A DNA stretch of 64,000 nucleotides from Candidatus Stramentimicrobium fermentans (GCA_012520575.1 JAAYOB010000018.1:1505-65504); one strand, 5' to 3'; positions 8,804-19,914 are shown, numbered from the stretch's first letter. Made by a program: numbers and translations. The notes: generated from the sequence alone by a model not told the origin.

Positions 8804-10231
8804 ATGTTTAAGATGTTTCATATAAATAAACAAAAAATAGCCGTTATATTGGCTCTGATTTTTCTACTGACTATGGTTTTAAATATGGGCGTATGGGCAG
8901 ATCCGGCGGTATTGGCTATACAGTCACTGAGTGATAATATTGCCGCCATTGCCGAAAAAGTAGGGCCGGCAGTGGTTAATATTGACGTGGTTCGCTATGT
9001 AACATCCTCACCATTCAGCATTAGGGACCCCATTTTTGAGTGGTTCTTTGAACAACGTGAAGAGTTTAGGAGAAGAGTTCCCCAAAAAGGTGCCGGTTCA
9101 GGTTTTATCGTGGATAAAGAGGGTTATGTTCTAACCAATGAGCATGTGGTAAGGGGGGCCGAAGAAATAAAAGTAACCTTAGCTGACAAGCGGGAATTTA
9201 AAGGCAAGGTTGTTGGCTCCGATACCACCACCGATATGGCTATCATTAAGATTGAAGCAAAAAATCTACCGGCGGTAGCACTGGGAGATTCTGATGAATT
9301 AAGAGTAGGTGAGATAGTAATAGCTATTGGTAACCCCTATAATTTAGATAAAACAGTCACTATGGGTGTGGTTAGTGCCAAAGGAAGAAATATCTCTGCC
9401 GGTACGGGGGAACATGAATATAGTAATCTAATTCAAACAGACGCAGCCATTAACCCCGGTAACAGCGGAGGCCCTCTTTTAAATACCAAAGGAGAGGTAA
9501 TCGGTATCAATACCGCAATAATTCCCTATGCTCAAGGCATCGGATTTGCTATCCCGGTTAATGTGGCTAAAAGAAATCTTGATGATTTGATTAATTTAGG
9601 TAAAGTGAGAAGACCATGGATAGGTGTCTATATACAAGAAGTAACTCCGGAGATTGCCGACCAATTTAAGCTGGATAAGGCAGAAGGTGTGCTTATTGCT
9701 GATGTAATCAGCGGAAGCCCGGCCGAACAATCCGGATTAGCTCGAGGTGATGTGATTCTTTCCGTAGATAATAAAAAAGTCAATTCACCCCAGGAATTAC
9801 AGGATGCAATACGATCTTTGCAGATTGGTGACAAGGCTACTCTAAAGGTGAATAGAGATGGAAAAGAATCCCCCTTCGTCTTGAGAATTGAAGAAATGCC
9901 GGCAGATGAGACTACTGTCACCGGAGATAAGATCTTTGCCGAACAAACCGGGATTAGGGTAGAGAAAGTAACACCGGAAATTGCTCGCAGATCAGGTCTG
10001 CCCAAAACTACCGGTTTGATAATTACAGAGGTTATCCCGGGAAGTTCTGCCGAGGATATGGGCTTACGAATTGATGATATTATTTTAGAGGCAAACAGAC
10101 GAGAAGTAGCAGATTTAGAGCAGTGGGAAAACATAACGAGCAATCTGAAACCCGGAAATACACTGCTTCTTCTGGTTTTTCGGAGTAATCGTACCTACTA
10201 TGTGCCTATTAAGATAGCCGAATTAGAGTAA
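8804..10231 (+). CDS. htrA: DegP/DegQ (HtrA) serine protease with two PDZ domains
   Basis: GSGFIV, LTNEHVV, IQTDAAINPGNSGGPL and two PDZ repeats; AAGGAG RBS before ATG 8804. Confidence 0.95.
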   Translation: MFKMFHINKQKIAVILALIFLLTMVLNMGVWADPAVLAIQSLSDNIAAIAEKVGPAVVNIDVVRYVTSSPFSIRDPIFEWFFEQREEFRRRVPQKGAGSGFIVDKEGYVLTNEHVVRGAEEIKVTLADKREFKGKVVGSDTTTDMAIIKIEAKNLPAVALGDSDELRVGEIVIAIGNPYNLDKTVTMGVVSAKGRNISAGTGEHEYSNLIQTDAAINPGNSGGPLLNTKGEVIGINTAIIPYAQGIGFAIPVNVAKRNLDDLINLGKVRRPWIGVYIQEVTPEIADQFKLDKAEGVLIADVISGSPAEQSGLARGDVILSVDNKKVNSPQELQDAIRSLQIGDKATLKVNRDGKESPFVLRIEEMPADETTVTGDKIFAEQTGIRVEKVTPEIARRSGLPKTTGLIITEVIPGSSAEDMGLRIDDIILEANRREVADLEQWENITSNLKPGNTLLLLVFRSNRTYYVPIKIAELE

Positions 10232-10276
10232 TTTATTGTTGTCAACACTTGTACTCATAGTGTAACTAAGTAATAG

Positions 10277-10327
10277 AAGAGGAAAGGAGAATCAGCTTTA
10301 TTGTTTTTTGCTGGTTCTCCTTTTCTT
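10277..10327 (+). terminator. Hairpin/terminator between htrA and the sensor kinase
   Basis: GAAAGGAGAATCAGC...GCTGGTTCTCCTTTT inverted repeat. Confidence 0.55.
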
Positions 10328-10348
10328 ATCAGAAGGAAATAATATTAT

Positions 10349-12055
10349 ATGACATCTTTATCGGTTAGAAATAGTAAACCCATGTCATCTAAAAATAATA
10401 TTTTTTTGGTATGGATATTGATTGTCTTGTTTACCGTAGCTCTTGGCTCTATCAGTTACTATGAGCTGCAGAGAGAAAAGAATTATTTGCTGGAACTGGC
10501 ACATTCAGAAGGTCTCAATATCGCCTTTTCTATTCAGGCCTTAGGTTCTGAATTCATCGTGAATAGAAATGTGTTGACAGAAATTCTCACTCTGTTTCAA
10601 AAAGAGGGTGTTGCTTTCATTGACATTCTGGATCAGAGTGGAGCTGTACGTATGTCTACTGATAGACTCAGGCTGAACGAACAGACTAATATTCAATTTC
10701 CGGGAAAAATTAATTATTTCCAGATCCGGAATCACGATAATAAGAGAACTCTGCAAATTATCAAACCATTTGAATTCAGTGACCGCTTTTCCTCTGATCT
10801 ATTTGGTTTTCTTTTTTTACGCGATAAGTACCTTTCTATTGGCATTAACTTAGAAGGATATTATCAACGTTATAATCAAATTAAACAGAGGGTGATTCTG
10901 AATTATGCTGTTATTCTGATTGTCTTATTGTCGGGCATCTTTATGGCTTTTCGCTTGCAAGAAAACATTATAGTAAAAAGAACACTCCAGAATATGAAAG
11001 ACTATACCGGTAAGCTCCTTGAGACTATGGATAGCGGAGTTTTGTCGGTAGACCAAAAGAATATTATCCGGACTATTAACAGAAAGAGTGAGGAGATATT
11101 TCAGGTAAGAAGAGAAGAAGTCTTAAACCGGAATGCCGAAGAGGTTGTGCCGATTAAGATTGGGGGTAAATCTATTTACGAACTGGGCCTGGTAGAAGGA
11201 AAGAAGATCGAGCAAGAAACTGAAATTATAACCAAAGAAGGTGTTCACAAAATATTGGAAATCAATACCTCTTTTCTGGAGGGAGAAAAGAATCAACCGG
11301 GTGGAATGGTAGTTTTAATCAGGGATATTACTCGGTTGAAAAGATTGTCAGAGGAGATTAACCGTAACAAAAGGCTAGTCTCATTAGGACAGATTGCCAG
11401 CGCTATTGCTCATGAAATAAGGAATCCGCTCAGTTCTATCCGCGGTTTGACTCAATTTCTCTTTCAATCCTGCCCCGATGAGGAGGAGCGAAAAGGTGAT
11501 TTAAAAATAATTATGAAAGAGGTGGACCGTCTCAATCAACTGATTAATCAGGTACTTGATTTTTCCAGGCCAAAAAAATTAAATATTTCCCACTTTTCTC
11601 TCAGTGAAATGATTAAAGATTTAATAAATCTGTTAAAATTAAAAGATAGGGAAAAGGCAGTGCAATTCCAGCTCTCCCTGGAATCTCCGGTACAAAGCAT
11701 CTTTGCCGATCAGGATCAGATAAGACAGGTTCTAATGAATATTATCCTGAATGCCATTCAAGCAGTAGATAGTCAGGGGAAGATTGTTATTGATTTGCAA
11801 CCTTCTTATTATAACGGGAAGGAAGCCGTGCTAATTTCGATTAAAGATAATGGAGCTGGGATAGGGGAGGAGGAGCTAAGCCATATTTTTGACCCCTTCT
11901 TTACTACCGGTGGCCAAGGAACCGGGTTAGGACTTTCCATTGCTTACAACATTATAGAGGCACACCAGGGCAGCATTGCCATCTCCTCAGAACAGGGTCG
12001 GGGAACTGAGGTAAAGATTTTTATTCCGGTAGGTGACGGTAGAAAAAATGAATAG
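10349..12055 (+). CDS. Membrane sensor histidine kinase with PAS domain (ZraS/AtoS-like)
   Basis: Two TM segments, PAS, H-box AHEIRNPL, N-box NAIQA, DNGAGI and GTGLGL. Confidence 0.93.
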   Translation: MTSLSVRNSKPMSSKNNIFLVWILIVLFTVALGSISYYELQREKNYLLELAHSEGLNIAFSIQALGSEFIVNRNVLTEILTLFQKEGVAFIDILDQSGAVRMSTDRLRLNEQTNIQFPGKINYFQIRNHDNKRTLQIIKPFEFSDRFSSDLFGFLFLRDKYLSIGINLEGYYQRYNQIKQRVILNYAVILIVLLSGIFMAFRLQENIIVKRTLQNMKDYTGKLLETMDSGVLSVDQKNIIRTINRKSEEIFQVRREEVLNRNAEEVVPIKIGGKSIYELGLVEGKKIEQETEIITKEGVHKILEINTSFLEGEKNQPGGMVVLIRDITRLKRLSEEINRNKRLVSLGQIASAIAHEIRNPLSSIRGLTQFLFQSCPDEEERKGDLKIIMKEVDRLNQLINQVLDFSRPKKLNISHFSLSEMIKDLINLLKLKDREKAVQFQLSLESPVQSIFADQDQIRQVLMNIILNAIQAVDSQGKIVIDLQPSYYNGKEAVLISIKDNGAGIGEEELSHIFDPFFTTGGQGTGLGLSIAYNIIEAHQGSIAISSEQGRGTEVKIFIPVGDGRKNE

Positions 12056-13394
12056 AATTATGATAGTTGACGATGAAAAAAGTATACGAGTTATGCTGAA
12101 GAGAGTGCTGTCAGATAAACAATTTGAAATAGATGAGGCGGCAGACGGCAGGGAAGCCCTGGAAAAAATTAAACAGGGGAAATATAGTGCTATATTACTT
12201 GACCTAAGAATGCCGGAAGTGAATGGTATAGAGGTCATCGAAAAGTTGAAAGAACAGGATATCGATACTCCTATCGTGATGATGTCCGCCTATGGTACCG
12301 TTCCGGAGGCAGTTGAGGCAATGAAATTGGGGGCTTTGGATTATCTGGTTAAACCCTTTGATTTGGATGAACTGAAGCTGATTTTAGAGCGAATTATCCG
12401 CCAAAATGAGATACAAAAGGAAAATATCTACTTCCGTGAAGAAGAAGATAAAAAGTTCAATTTTAAAGAGATAGTAGGCGAGAGCAGCGCAATGAAAAGG
12501 GTTTTAGAAATGGTAAAGAAGGTGGCACACCTGCCCACCACTGTTCTGATTACCGGTGAAAGCGGAACCGGTAAAGAATTGATTGCCCGTGCAATTTATA
12601 AAAATAGTCCTCGTCAGGAAAAACCCTTTGTGGTGGCTAATTGTGTAGCTTTTTCATCTAACCTTCTGGAAAGTGAGCTTTTCGGTCATGAAAAGGGCGC
12701 CTTTACCGGAGCAAATTCCACACGAATAGGACGATTTGAAATTGCCCATAACGGAACTCTCTTTTTGGATGAGATTGGCGAGATTACTTTATCTACTCAG
12801 GCAAAACTGCTGAGGGTAATACAGGAAAAAGAGTTTGAGAGGGTGGGTAGTTCAACCAGCATTAAGGTTGATACCAGAATTGTGGCAGCTACCAATAAAG
12901 ACCTGTTAAAAGAGATAAAGGAAAACAGATTCCGGGAAGATCTTTTTTACCGTATAAATGTTTTTACCATCGACATTCCCCCTTTAAGAGCAAGAATAGA
13001 GGATATTCCTTTATTAGTTCAACATTTTATCAGGAAATACAATCAAATTTTAAATAAACGAATTACCGGTATCTCTCAGGAGGCTATCTCGCTCTTGATG
13101 GATTATACTTTTCCGGGCAATATAAGGGAACTGGAGAATATTATAGAAAGAGCTATGATAATGTGTAACAATACAATTATGGACCGTAATCTATTCTTCT
13201 TTTTAGAGCAAAAAGAGGGGTTTACAGAAGCCGGGACCTTGAAAGAAATGGAAAGGGAGATGATTAAAAAAACACTTATTCTAAATAACGGCAATAGGAC
13301 TAAAACAGCCCAATCCCTAGGCATCAGCAGAAGGAGTCTGCTATTGAAATTAAAAGGATATCATATTGATATAAAACCGGGGAAAGGCAAATAA
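12048..13394 (+). CDS. sigma54-dependent response regulator (NtrC/ZraR/AtoC family)
   Basis: Receiver domain (VDDE, LDLRMP), [21 protein letters not shown] and Fis-type HTH; overlaps the kinase stop. Confidence 0.95.
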   Translation: MNRIMIVDDEKSIRVMLKRVLSDKQFEIDEAADGREALEKIKQGKYSAILLDLRMPEVNGIEVIEKLKEQDIDTPIVMMSAYGTVPEAVEAMKLGALDYLVKPFDLDELKLILERIIRQNEIQKENIYFREEEDKKFNFKEIVGESSAMKRVLEMVKKVAHLPTTVLITGESGTGKELIARAIYKNSPRQEKPFVVANCVAFSSNLLESELFGHEKGAFTGANSTRIGRFEIAHNGTLFLDEIGEITLSTQAKLLRVIQEKEFERVGSSTSIKVDTRIVAATNKDLLKEIKENRFREDLFYRINVFTIDIPPLRARIEDIPLLVQHFIRKYNQILNKRITGISQEAISLLMDYTFPGNIRELENIIERAMIMCNNTIMDRNLFFFLEQKEGFTEAGTLKEMEREMIKKTLILNNGNRTKTAQSLGISRRSLLLKLKGYHIDIKPGKGK

Positions 13395-13420
13395 AGGCAT
13401 TAAGTTTAAAGAAGGAGGAC

Positions 13421-14191
13421 ATGCCTATGTTAATGGTTACTGATGTAGGAAATACCCATACAGTTATAGGAATATACCAAGGGGAAGAGCTGAAAAGTCA
13501 TTGGCGTATCTCTACAGATCTCAGAAAAACCGAAGATGAACTTGCCATGCTCTTTAGAAATTTATTGGCTGAGCAAAATCTAAATTTTAGAAATATCGAT
13601 GCCGCTGCTATATCCTGTGTAGTTCCCCCTTTAATCTGGATTTATAACAAGGTATACTATAAATACTGTCAGATTAAACCGCTTATAGTTAACTCTAAAA
13701 TTAATTTGAATATTCAAATAAAGACTGATTATCCGGAAGAAGTGGGAGCCGACAGATTAGTAAATGCAGTAGCGGTGAAAGCGCTTTATGGCGCCCCTGC
13801 CATTATAATTGATTTCGGGACAGCCACTACCTTTTGTGCCCTGGATAAGGCTGGAAACTATATTGGCGGGGCAATAGCACCCGGCTTGGAATTAGCCAGC
13901 AATGCCTTATTTGCAAAAACTGCCAAACTGCCCAAGGTAGAGCTGGTATCCTGTGTACAGGCAATAGGCAGAAATACGGTAGAGGCGCTACAATCGGGTA
14001 TATTTCTGGGTCATTTAGGCCTCATCAGAGAATTAACAGAGCGTTTTAGAGAAGAATTAGGAGGGGAACCATTGGTAATTGCCACCGGTGGATATGCCAA
14101 ATTATTAGGGAAGTGCACCCCCCTGTTCGATAAGATAGACCCCTTACTGTCCTTAGCCGGTTTAAAAATAGCCTATCAGCTGAATAAGTAA
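13421..14191 (+). CDS. coaX: Type III pantothenate kinase
   Basis: DVGNTHT, EVGADR, DFGTATT, GGAIAPG and ATGG motifs. Confidence 0.95.
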   Translation: MPMLMVTDVGNTHTVIGIYQGEELKSHWRISTDLRKTEDELAMLFRNLLAEQNLNFRNIDAAAISCVVPPLIWIYNKVYYKYCQIKPLIVNSKINLNIQIKTDYPEEVGADRLVNAVAVKALYGAPAIIIDFGTATTFCALDKAGNYIGGAIAPGLELASNALFAKTAKLPKVELVSCVQAIGRNTVEALQSGIFLGHLGLIRELTERFREELGGEPLVIATGGYAKLLGKCTPLFDKIDPLLSLAGLKIAYQLNK

Positions 14192-14203
14192 ACAATTGGT
14201 TCA

Positions 14204-14232
14204 TTGACATCTAAAATAAATAAAGCTAAGAT
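14204..14232 (+). promoter_or_regulatory. sigma70-type promoter for guaB
   Basis: TTGACA-17 nt-TAAGAT. Confidence 0.55.
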
Positions 14233-14315
14233 AATTTAAATTTAAAGTTTTATCAGGTGCTATCTATTAAAATAATGGCCTGAAAAAAGAAAAAAATAGG
14301 GAAAGGAGTTTTTTC

Positions 14316-15782
14316 ATGTGGGAGGATAAATTGATAAAAGAAGATGCTCTGACCTTTGATGACATCCTCTTGGTTCCTCAAAATTCTAAACTAATTCCCA
14401 AAGAAATAGATTTACATACCCCTTTGTCAAGAAATATCAGCCTGAACATACCTCTGGTAAGTGCAGCCATGGACAAAGTAACCGAATCAAACTTAGCTAT
14501 CGCCCTGGCTCGTGAGGGCGGTATCGGCATAATTCATAAAAATATGGCTATACCGGACCAAGCACGAGAGATCGATCGGGTAAAGCGTTCGGAAAGTGGA
14601 ATTATTGCGGAACCCATATCCTTAACAGAGGACAAAAAGGTCAAAGATGCTCTGGAATTAATGAGACATTATCGTATTTCCGGGATTCCAATCATAAATT
14701 ATGAAAAAAAATTGGTAGGTATTCTAACCAATAGGGATATACGATTTTTAGAAGATGAGGAGCTTAGAATTAGCGAGGTAATGACCCCAGCACCATTAAT
14801 TACCGGTAAGTTGGGAACTACATTGGAAGAGGCGAAGAAGGTTTTGCACCAAAACCGTATTGAAAAATTACCATTGGTGGACGAAAACTATGTTTTAAAA
14901 GGGTTGATCACTATTAAGGATATTGAAAAAGTCCGGAAATACCCCAATGCCTGCAAGGATAAAAATGGACGCTTAAGAGTAGGTGCCGCAGTAGGTGTTA
15001 CATCGGATACTATGGAAAGGGTTCAGGCTATCATAGAGGCTCATGGTGATGTAGTGGTAGTAGATACTGCTCATGCTGATTCCGAACGGGTACTGAATAT
15101 TATCAAGGAGATAAAGGACAATTTTGATGTAGAAGTAATTGGTGGAAATGTAGCGACCTATGACGGTGCCAGAAGATTGATAGCAGCGGGAGTGGATGCG
15201 GTGAAAGTAGGGATAGGGCCCGGTTCTATCTGTACCACCAGAGTAGTAACCGGTGTGGGAGTTCCGCAAGCTTATGCTATTAGAGAGTGTGCCAAAGCCT
15301 GTCAGGAAAATAATATTCCTCTTATAGCAGATGGGGGTATTCGTTACTCCGGTGATATTTGTAAAGCCTTAGCTATCGGCGCTGACTCAGTAATGATTGG
15401 CAGTCTCTTTGCCGGTACTGAGGAAAGTCCCGGAGAAGTCGTATTATATAAGGGAAGAAGCTATAAAGAGTATCGGGGAATGGGCTCCATCGGAGCTATG
15501 AAAGAGGGCAGTAAAGACCGTTATTTCCAGGAAGAGGATGAAATATCTAAATTGGTTCCGGAAGGAATTGAGGGGAGAGTACCCTATAAGGGCTCATTGG
15601 CTAATGGAGTGTATCAATTGATGGGGGGATTAAGAGCGGGAATGTCTTACTGCGGTGCAGCAAATATAAGAGAACTGCAAGATAAGAGCCGATTAGTCAA
15701 GATTACTAGTGCCTCTTTAAAAGAAGGTCATCCCCATGATATTATTATTACTAAAGAAGCCCCCAATTATGAGGTTGAATAG
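14316..15782 (+). CDS. guaB: IMP dehydrogenase
   Basis: [13 protein letters not shown] pair, [10 protein letters not shown] and YRGMGS. Confidence 0.97.
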   Translation: MWEDKLIKEDALTFDDILLVPQNSKLIPKEIDLHTPLSRNISLNIPLVSAAMDKVTESNLAIALAREGGIGIIHKNMAIPDQAREIDRVKRSESGIIAEPISLTEDKKVKDALELMRHYRISGIPIINYEKKLVGILTNRDIRFLEDEELRISEVMTPAPLITGKLGTTLEEAKKVLHQNRIEKLPLVDENYVLKGLITIKDIEKVRKYPNACKDKNGRLRVGAAVGVTSDTMERVQAIIEAHGDVVVVDTAHADSERVLNIIKEIKDNFDVEVIGGNVATYDGARRLIAAGVDAVKVGIGPGSICTTRVVTGVGVPQAYAIRECAKACQENNIPLIADGGIRYSGDICKALAIGADSVMIGSLFAGTEESPGEVVLYKGRSYKEYRGMGSIGAMKEGSKDRYFQEEDEISKLVPEGIEGRVPYKGSLANGVYQLMGGLRAGMSYCGAANIRELQDKSRLVKITSASLKEGHPHDIIITKEAPNYEVE

Positions 15783-15863
15783 AATCAGCTATTTTTGAAG
15801 AAATTGATTGCCTAATCTATCATTAATTTGTATAAAGCAAAATTATCAGGAAGCAGTCTGTTT

Positions 15864-16823
15864 ATGAGAAATAATATAGTATGTGATGCCCACTGTGACA
15901 CTGTATTAGCTCTTAATAGGGGTGATAGGAAGATTGAAGAGCTATCTTCTCAGGGGCACCTTGACATTCCCCGTTTAAAAAAGGGCATGGTTGATGTACA
16001 AGTATTTGCAGTCTATATCGAGCAACAGTATAAGCCGAAACGTTCTTTACACCGTGCGCTGCAACTAATCGATTGTCTGTTGACCGAATTAGAGAAAAAC
16101 TATGATAGCATTGAACCTGCTTACGTCTTTGGTGATATAGAAAGAATAACCTCTCAAAATAAAATTGCAGTTATCCTGGCAATTGAGGGCGGAGAAGCCA
16201 TAGAAGGAAAGCTCTATAATTTACGAATCTTCCACCGTCTGGGAGTTCGCCTGATAACCCTTACTTGGAATCAACGCAATGATATAGCCGATGGAAGTTC
16301 TCATCCAAATTCTAAAAGAGGATTAACGACCTTTGGTAGGAAGGTGGTTAAGGAGATGAATCGTCTGGGGATGTTGATAGATGTCTCCCATCTTTCTGAA
16401 TCAGGCTTTTGGGATGTCATAAAGACCACCTCTCAGCCCATTATCGCTTCCCACTCTAACAGTTATACACTTTGTCCCCACCGCCGCAACTTAAAGGATG
16501 AGCAGGTCAAAGCTATAGCCGAAAATGGCGGTATGATTGGGGTAACCTATGTTCCGGATTTTTTAACTGCCGAAAAACGGAAGGCTGCCATAGATGATGT
16601 AATAAACCACATTGATTATCTGGTAAAACTGGCAGGTATTGATTTTGTGGGTTTAGGTTCAGATTTTGACGGTTGTGAGGAACTGCCTGTAGGATTGGAA
16701 GGGGCAGATAAAGTCTATAAAATTGGAGAAAAATTGGCTCAGAAAGGTTATACCGAAAGTGATATTGATAAGATCATGGGCAAAAATTTTCTCCGTTTAT
16801 TTCAACAGGTTATTAATCCTTAA
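15864..16823 (+). CDS. Membrane dipeptidase (M19 family)
   Basis: DAHCD, AIEG, LTWN, DVSHL, ASHSN and GLGSDFDG. Confidence 0.92.
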   Translation: MRNNIVCDAHCDTVLALNRGDRKIEELSSQGHLDIPRLKKGMVDVQVFAVYIEQQYKPKRSLHRALQLIDCLLTELEKNYDSIEPAYVFGDIERITSQNKIAVILAIEGGEAIEGKLYNLRIFHRLGVRLITLTWNQRNDIADGSSHPNSKRGLTTFGRKVVKEMNRLGMLIDVSHLSESGFWDVIKTTSQPIIASHSNSYTLCPHRRNLKDEQVKAIAENGGMIGVTYVPDFLTAEKRKAAIDDVINHIDYLVKLAGIDFVGLGSDFDGCEELPVGLEGADKVYKIGEKLAQKGYTESDIDKIMGKNFLRLFQQVINP

Positions 16824-16867
16824 TAACTTTTAATATTGAAGACATATTCAGAAAAGGATAAAAAAAG

Positions 16868-17389
16868 ATGAATAATTCTATACGTAATATTACTTTAGTC
16901 GGTTTATTAGTGGCTATGAGTATAGTATTGTCTCGGGTGGCGAGTATTAGAATTCCCTTTGCCGGAGTTGAGGGCGTTCGGATTGGTTTCGGTAAACTGC
17001 CGATTTTTCTGGCGAGTCTTATGTTGGGGCCGCTCTATGGCGGATTGGTTGGGGCAGTAGCTGATTTTCTGGGTTATATTATTCAACCCATTGGTCCTTA
17101 TGTACCGCACTTTACCATTATCTCGGCTCTATGCGGGGTTATTCCCATCATGGTATTACGTATTATAAAAGGGAAAGAAGATCATATTATAAATATTACT
17201 ATATCGGTAGGTATTGCTGTTATAGTCACTGAACTGTTCTTAATTCCCTACAGTTTAAACCTTATTTTCGGTATTCCCTGGCCAGTTCTTGTTGTTCCGC
17301 GCTTAATTAGCGTACCGCTTACCATTGCGATTTATTCTTATCTCATTCATGTTTTTATTCGACGCAAAGTGTTACAGATCGTTCATTAA
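16868..17389 (+). CDS. folT: ECF transporter S component, folate (FolT) family
   Basis: Six-TM S-component pattern; RIGFGKLP..GP..GG..GAVADFLG..P.GPY.PHFT. Confidence 0.75.
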   Translation: MNNSIRNITLVGLLVAMSIVLSRVASIRIPFAGVEGVRIGFGKLPIFLASLMLGPLYGGLVGAVADFLGYIIQPIGPYVPHFTIISALCGVIPIMVLRIIKGKEDHIINITISVGIAVIVTELFLIPYSLNLIFGIPWPVLVVPRLISVPLTIAIYSYLIHVFIRRKVLQIVH

Positions 17390-17484
17390 CAGGAATAGTA
17401 GATAGATAAATTTGCCGGATTTTTTTTATCGCCCAAGTCCTTTAGTTTAACAAAAAGATTTGCCTTTGACTTTGTATAACAAAT

Positions 17485-17522
17485 AAAATAATTCCACGCC
17501 GAGTAGGGTGTGGAATTATTTT
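17485..17522. terminator. Bidirectional terminator between convergent genes
   Basis: AAAATAATTCCACGCC-GAGTA-GGGTGTGGAATTATTTT. Confidence 0.75.
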
Positions 17523-17562
17523 AATAAACACTTTATAGAATAAAATAAAAAATTATACTCGT

Positions 17563-17880
17563 TTAAGCACGAGTAGACTCTTTCTCCAGTTTCCCTTGTG
17601 GGGTCTTGCCATCTCCATTGCCATTGGAACCGTCAACTATTTTATCTTTTTTATCGGACTTGCTAAGGCTGCTGCCCGTCTTTTCTTTAGGTGTGCTGCT
17701 CTTTCGGTTATCGGTACTATAATAGCCGCTTCCTTTTAAAATAAAGTTACAATTTTTACTGATTAAACGAAATACTTCTCCCTCACATTTTGGGCAAACT
17801 TTCAATGGTTCTTCAGTGATAGATTGAAATTTTTCAAATTCATAACCGCATTTTTTACATTTATATTCATAAGTTGGCAT
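17563..17880 (-). CDS. FmdB-family zinc-ribbon protein
   Basis: [12 protein letters not shown]...CPKC...[10 protein letters not shown]. Confidence 0.92.
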   Translation of the reverse strand: MPTYEYKCKKCGYEFEKFQSITEEPLKVCPKCEGEVFRLISKNCNFILKGSGYYSTDNRKSSTPKEKTGSSLSKSDKKDKIVDGSNGNGDGKTPQGKLEKESTRA

Positions 17881-18018
17881 ATTTTTTCAGCTCCTTAACT
17901 AATCATACAATTAGAAACATTATGCCATTTCACCTAAAAAGTCAAGTACTTTTTACCGACGTAATTATAGCGGCAAGGGTAGGTAGTTTACAGTAAATTT
18001 TTTGAGGAAAATAATTCA

Positions 18019-18193
18019 GAGTGTTTCACCCAAGCATCTTGGCAAAAAAATTAGGTAGAAATGGGATTATGATGTTACCCTCGATAAAGCTGACAGAAAA
18101 TTTGTTTTGCCATTTTTAATTCGAACAAAAATAGACTATTTGTTATAGAAACCAATTATTACAGCGATGGTGGTTCTGAGTTAAGCCACAGTC
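18019..18193 (+). pseudogene. Remnant of a DpnII/MboI-family type II restriction endonuclease
   Basis: Frameshifted translation KWDYDVTLDKADRKF/FAIFNSNKNRLFVIETNYYSDGGSEL matches the DpnII-family RFDF...IETNFY..GGSKL motif. Confidence 0.7.
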
Positions 18194-18470
18194 TGTGTCA
18201 TCTCTGTTAGAATATTGGTACTTACAGGATACATCAGGGGCCCCTGGGCAGGTTTTTTAAGAAAATTATTCCAATTGGAGATTGTGTAATTAAATATAAA
18301 TTATTTAAATAAAATAGATTTTTGCTATAAACTAAGTAAAATAAGGATATCTTGTACGCATTTAAACCAACTCTTTCCTAACCAGTAGGGCAGGTCTACC
18401 TGAAACTATTATAATTTTGTAAGAAAAAAGCACCTACAAAAATTTAACATAGACAAAACAATTCGCGAAC

Positions 18471-18499
18471 TTGACAAATAGCAAGCACTTTGTTATTAT
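18471..18499 (+). promoter_or_regulatory. sigma70-type promoter with extended -10
   Basis: TTGACA-17 nt (ending TGT)-TATTAT upstream of the DapA-like gene. Confidence 0.6.
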
Positions 18500-18566
18500 T
18501 TGCGCATTTAGGTGTTTATTTAAATAGAATCAATAAAATAAGAATAAGATAGGGAGGAAGTCTATA

Positions 18567-19451
18567 ATGTTTAGGAAATTTAAAGGAATAATTACTGCTC
18601 TAGTTACACCATTAAGAGAAAACGGGCAAGTAGACATAGACCAATTTGTAAGGTTAATTAATATTCAAATCAAAGCTGGAATAGGCGGGTTGCTTATTTT
18701 GGGTGGCACGGGTGAATATACCGCTCTTTCAACAGAAGTAAGAAAAAAAGTAGCCGAAATAGCAGTTAATGAGGTTAATGGAAGAATCCCTGTTATAATT
18801 GGAAACCTGGAACCAGGTATAGGCGAAAGTATAAAGTTTTGCCGGCACATTAAAGAAGTTGGCGCAGATGCAGCTCTGGTGTTGACACCATTCTATGTTC
18901 ATCCAAGCCAACAGGGAATTATAGATTTCTACCAGAAAATTGCAACTGAAGTTGATATGCCAATTATGATTTATGATATACCATATAGAACTTCCGTATC
19001 GGTTAAACCAGAAACTTATGAGAAGTTGGCTGTAGTAAAAAATATAGTAGGCTTGAAAGATTGCTCTACCTCATTGGGGCAAGCAATTGAGCTGATAGAT
19101 AAAGTGGGAGACAAAATCGCAGTTTTAAATGGTGAAGATTATATAGCTGTTTATTCTTTTATCATGGGTTCACCAGGAGCCATAGTTGCCAGTTCAAACC
19201 TCATTCCCAAAGAATGGGTTAAAATATATAACCTGACACAAGAAAAAAAATATGATGAGGCAGTAAATCTACACAAAAAATACTACTACTTAATGAAAGG
19301 GATATTTACCGAGGTAAATCCAGGCCCATTAAAATATGCCATGAATCGTTGTGGATTATTCTGTGGCAAACCTAGTATTCCTCTTCTTGAACCGACCAGT
19401 GAAACAAAAGAATTAATAGATAATCTATTAGCGAAGTATAATTTATTATAA
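18567..19451 (+). CDS. DapA/NAL-family aldolase (dihydrodipicolinate synthase-like)
   Basis: ALVTP, LGGTGE, YDIP.RT, GLKDCS and NPGPLK. Confidence 0.88.
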   Translation: MFRKFKGIITALVTPLRENGQVDIDQFVRLINIQIKAGIGGLLILGGTGEYTALSTEVRKKVAEIAVNEVNGRIPVIIGNLEPGIGESIKFCRHIKEVGADAALVLTPFYVHPSQQGIIDFYQKIATEVDMPIMIYDIPYRTSVSVKPETYEKLAVVKNIVGLKDCSTSLGQAIELIDKVGDKIAVLNGEDYIAVYSFIMGSPGAIVASSNLIPKEWVKIYNLTQEKKYDEAVNLHKKYYYLMKGIFTEVNPGPLKYAMNRCGLFCGKPSIPLLEPTSETKELIDNLLAKYNLL

Positions 19452-19914
19452 TTGTATTTTAAAAAATTTTTACATGGATCTTAGCAAGATAATACTTGAT
19501 CTATGGCAATCAAAGAAGTTTTTAATGTTTTAAATAGCTCAGAGTGTGGGTAGATGGAGCATCTTGCGTATATGGTGATTACCATTCTTGTTTATCTTCT
19601 ACTACCTCTTACCGATTTACCGGACTCTTTATAGACAACAGAGCCTGCCCTACTATATTTCTCGAATCTATTAGCACCTTGATAATAATGGAATGGAGTA
19701 AGAATGTTCGATCCCACCTTCCCACCTATGGTAGTAATGGTTGTAAGTCTTTTGAAGTATTTGTGTAAAATGGTATGCTCTTCTATATAGCCTTTAATCT
19801 TAAAAAAGAATTCATTTCCATTCTTGTTTCCTTCGGAGTTCTTGCTTTAGTAGTTTCTGTATACTTTTTTGGTGATACTATTTAAGTAATTGGAAATAGA
19901 TGTTCTTAAGGTAT

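Noticed and set aside
14233..14315. Purine riboswitch upstream of guaB
   Set aside because: Only a weak TCAGG/CCTGA stem; the purine aptamer core motifs are absent
19544..19885. 74-aa ORF and a downstream hydrophobic fragment (FYIAFNLKKEFISILVSFGVLALVVSVYFFGDTI*)
   Set aside because: Possibly debris of an EamA/DMT-type membrane gene, but too degraded to call
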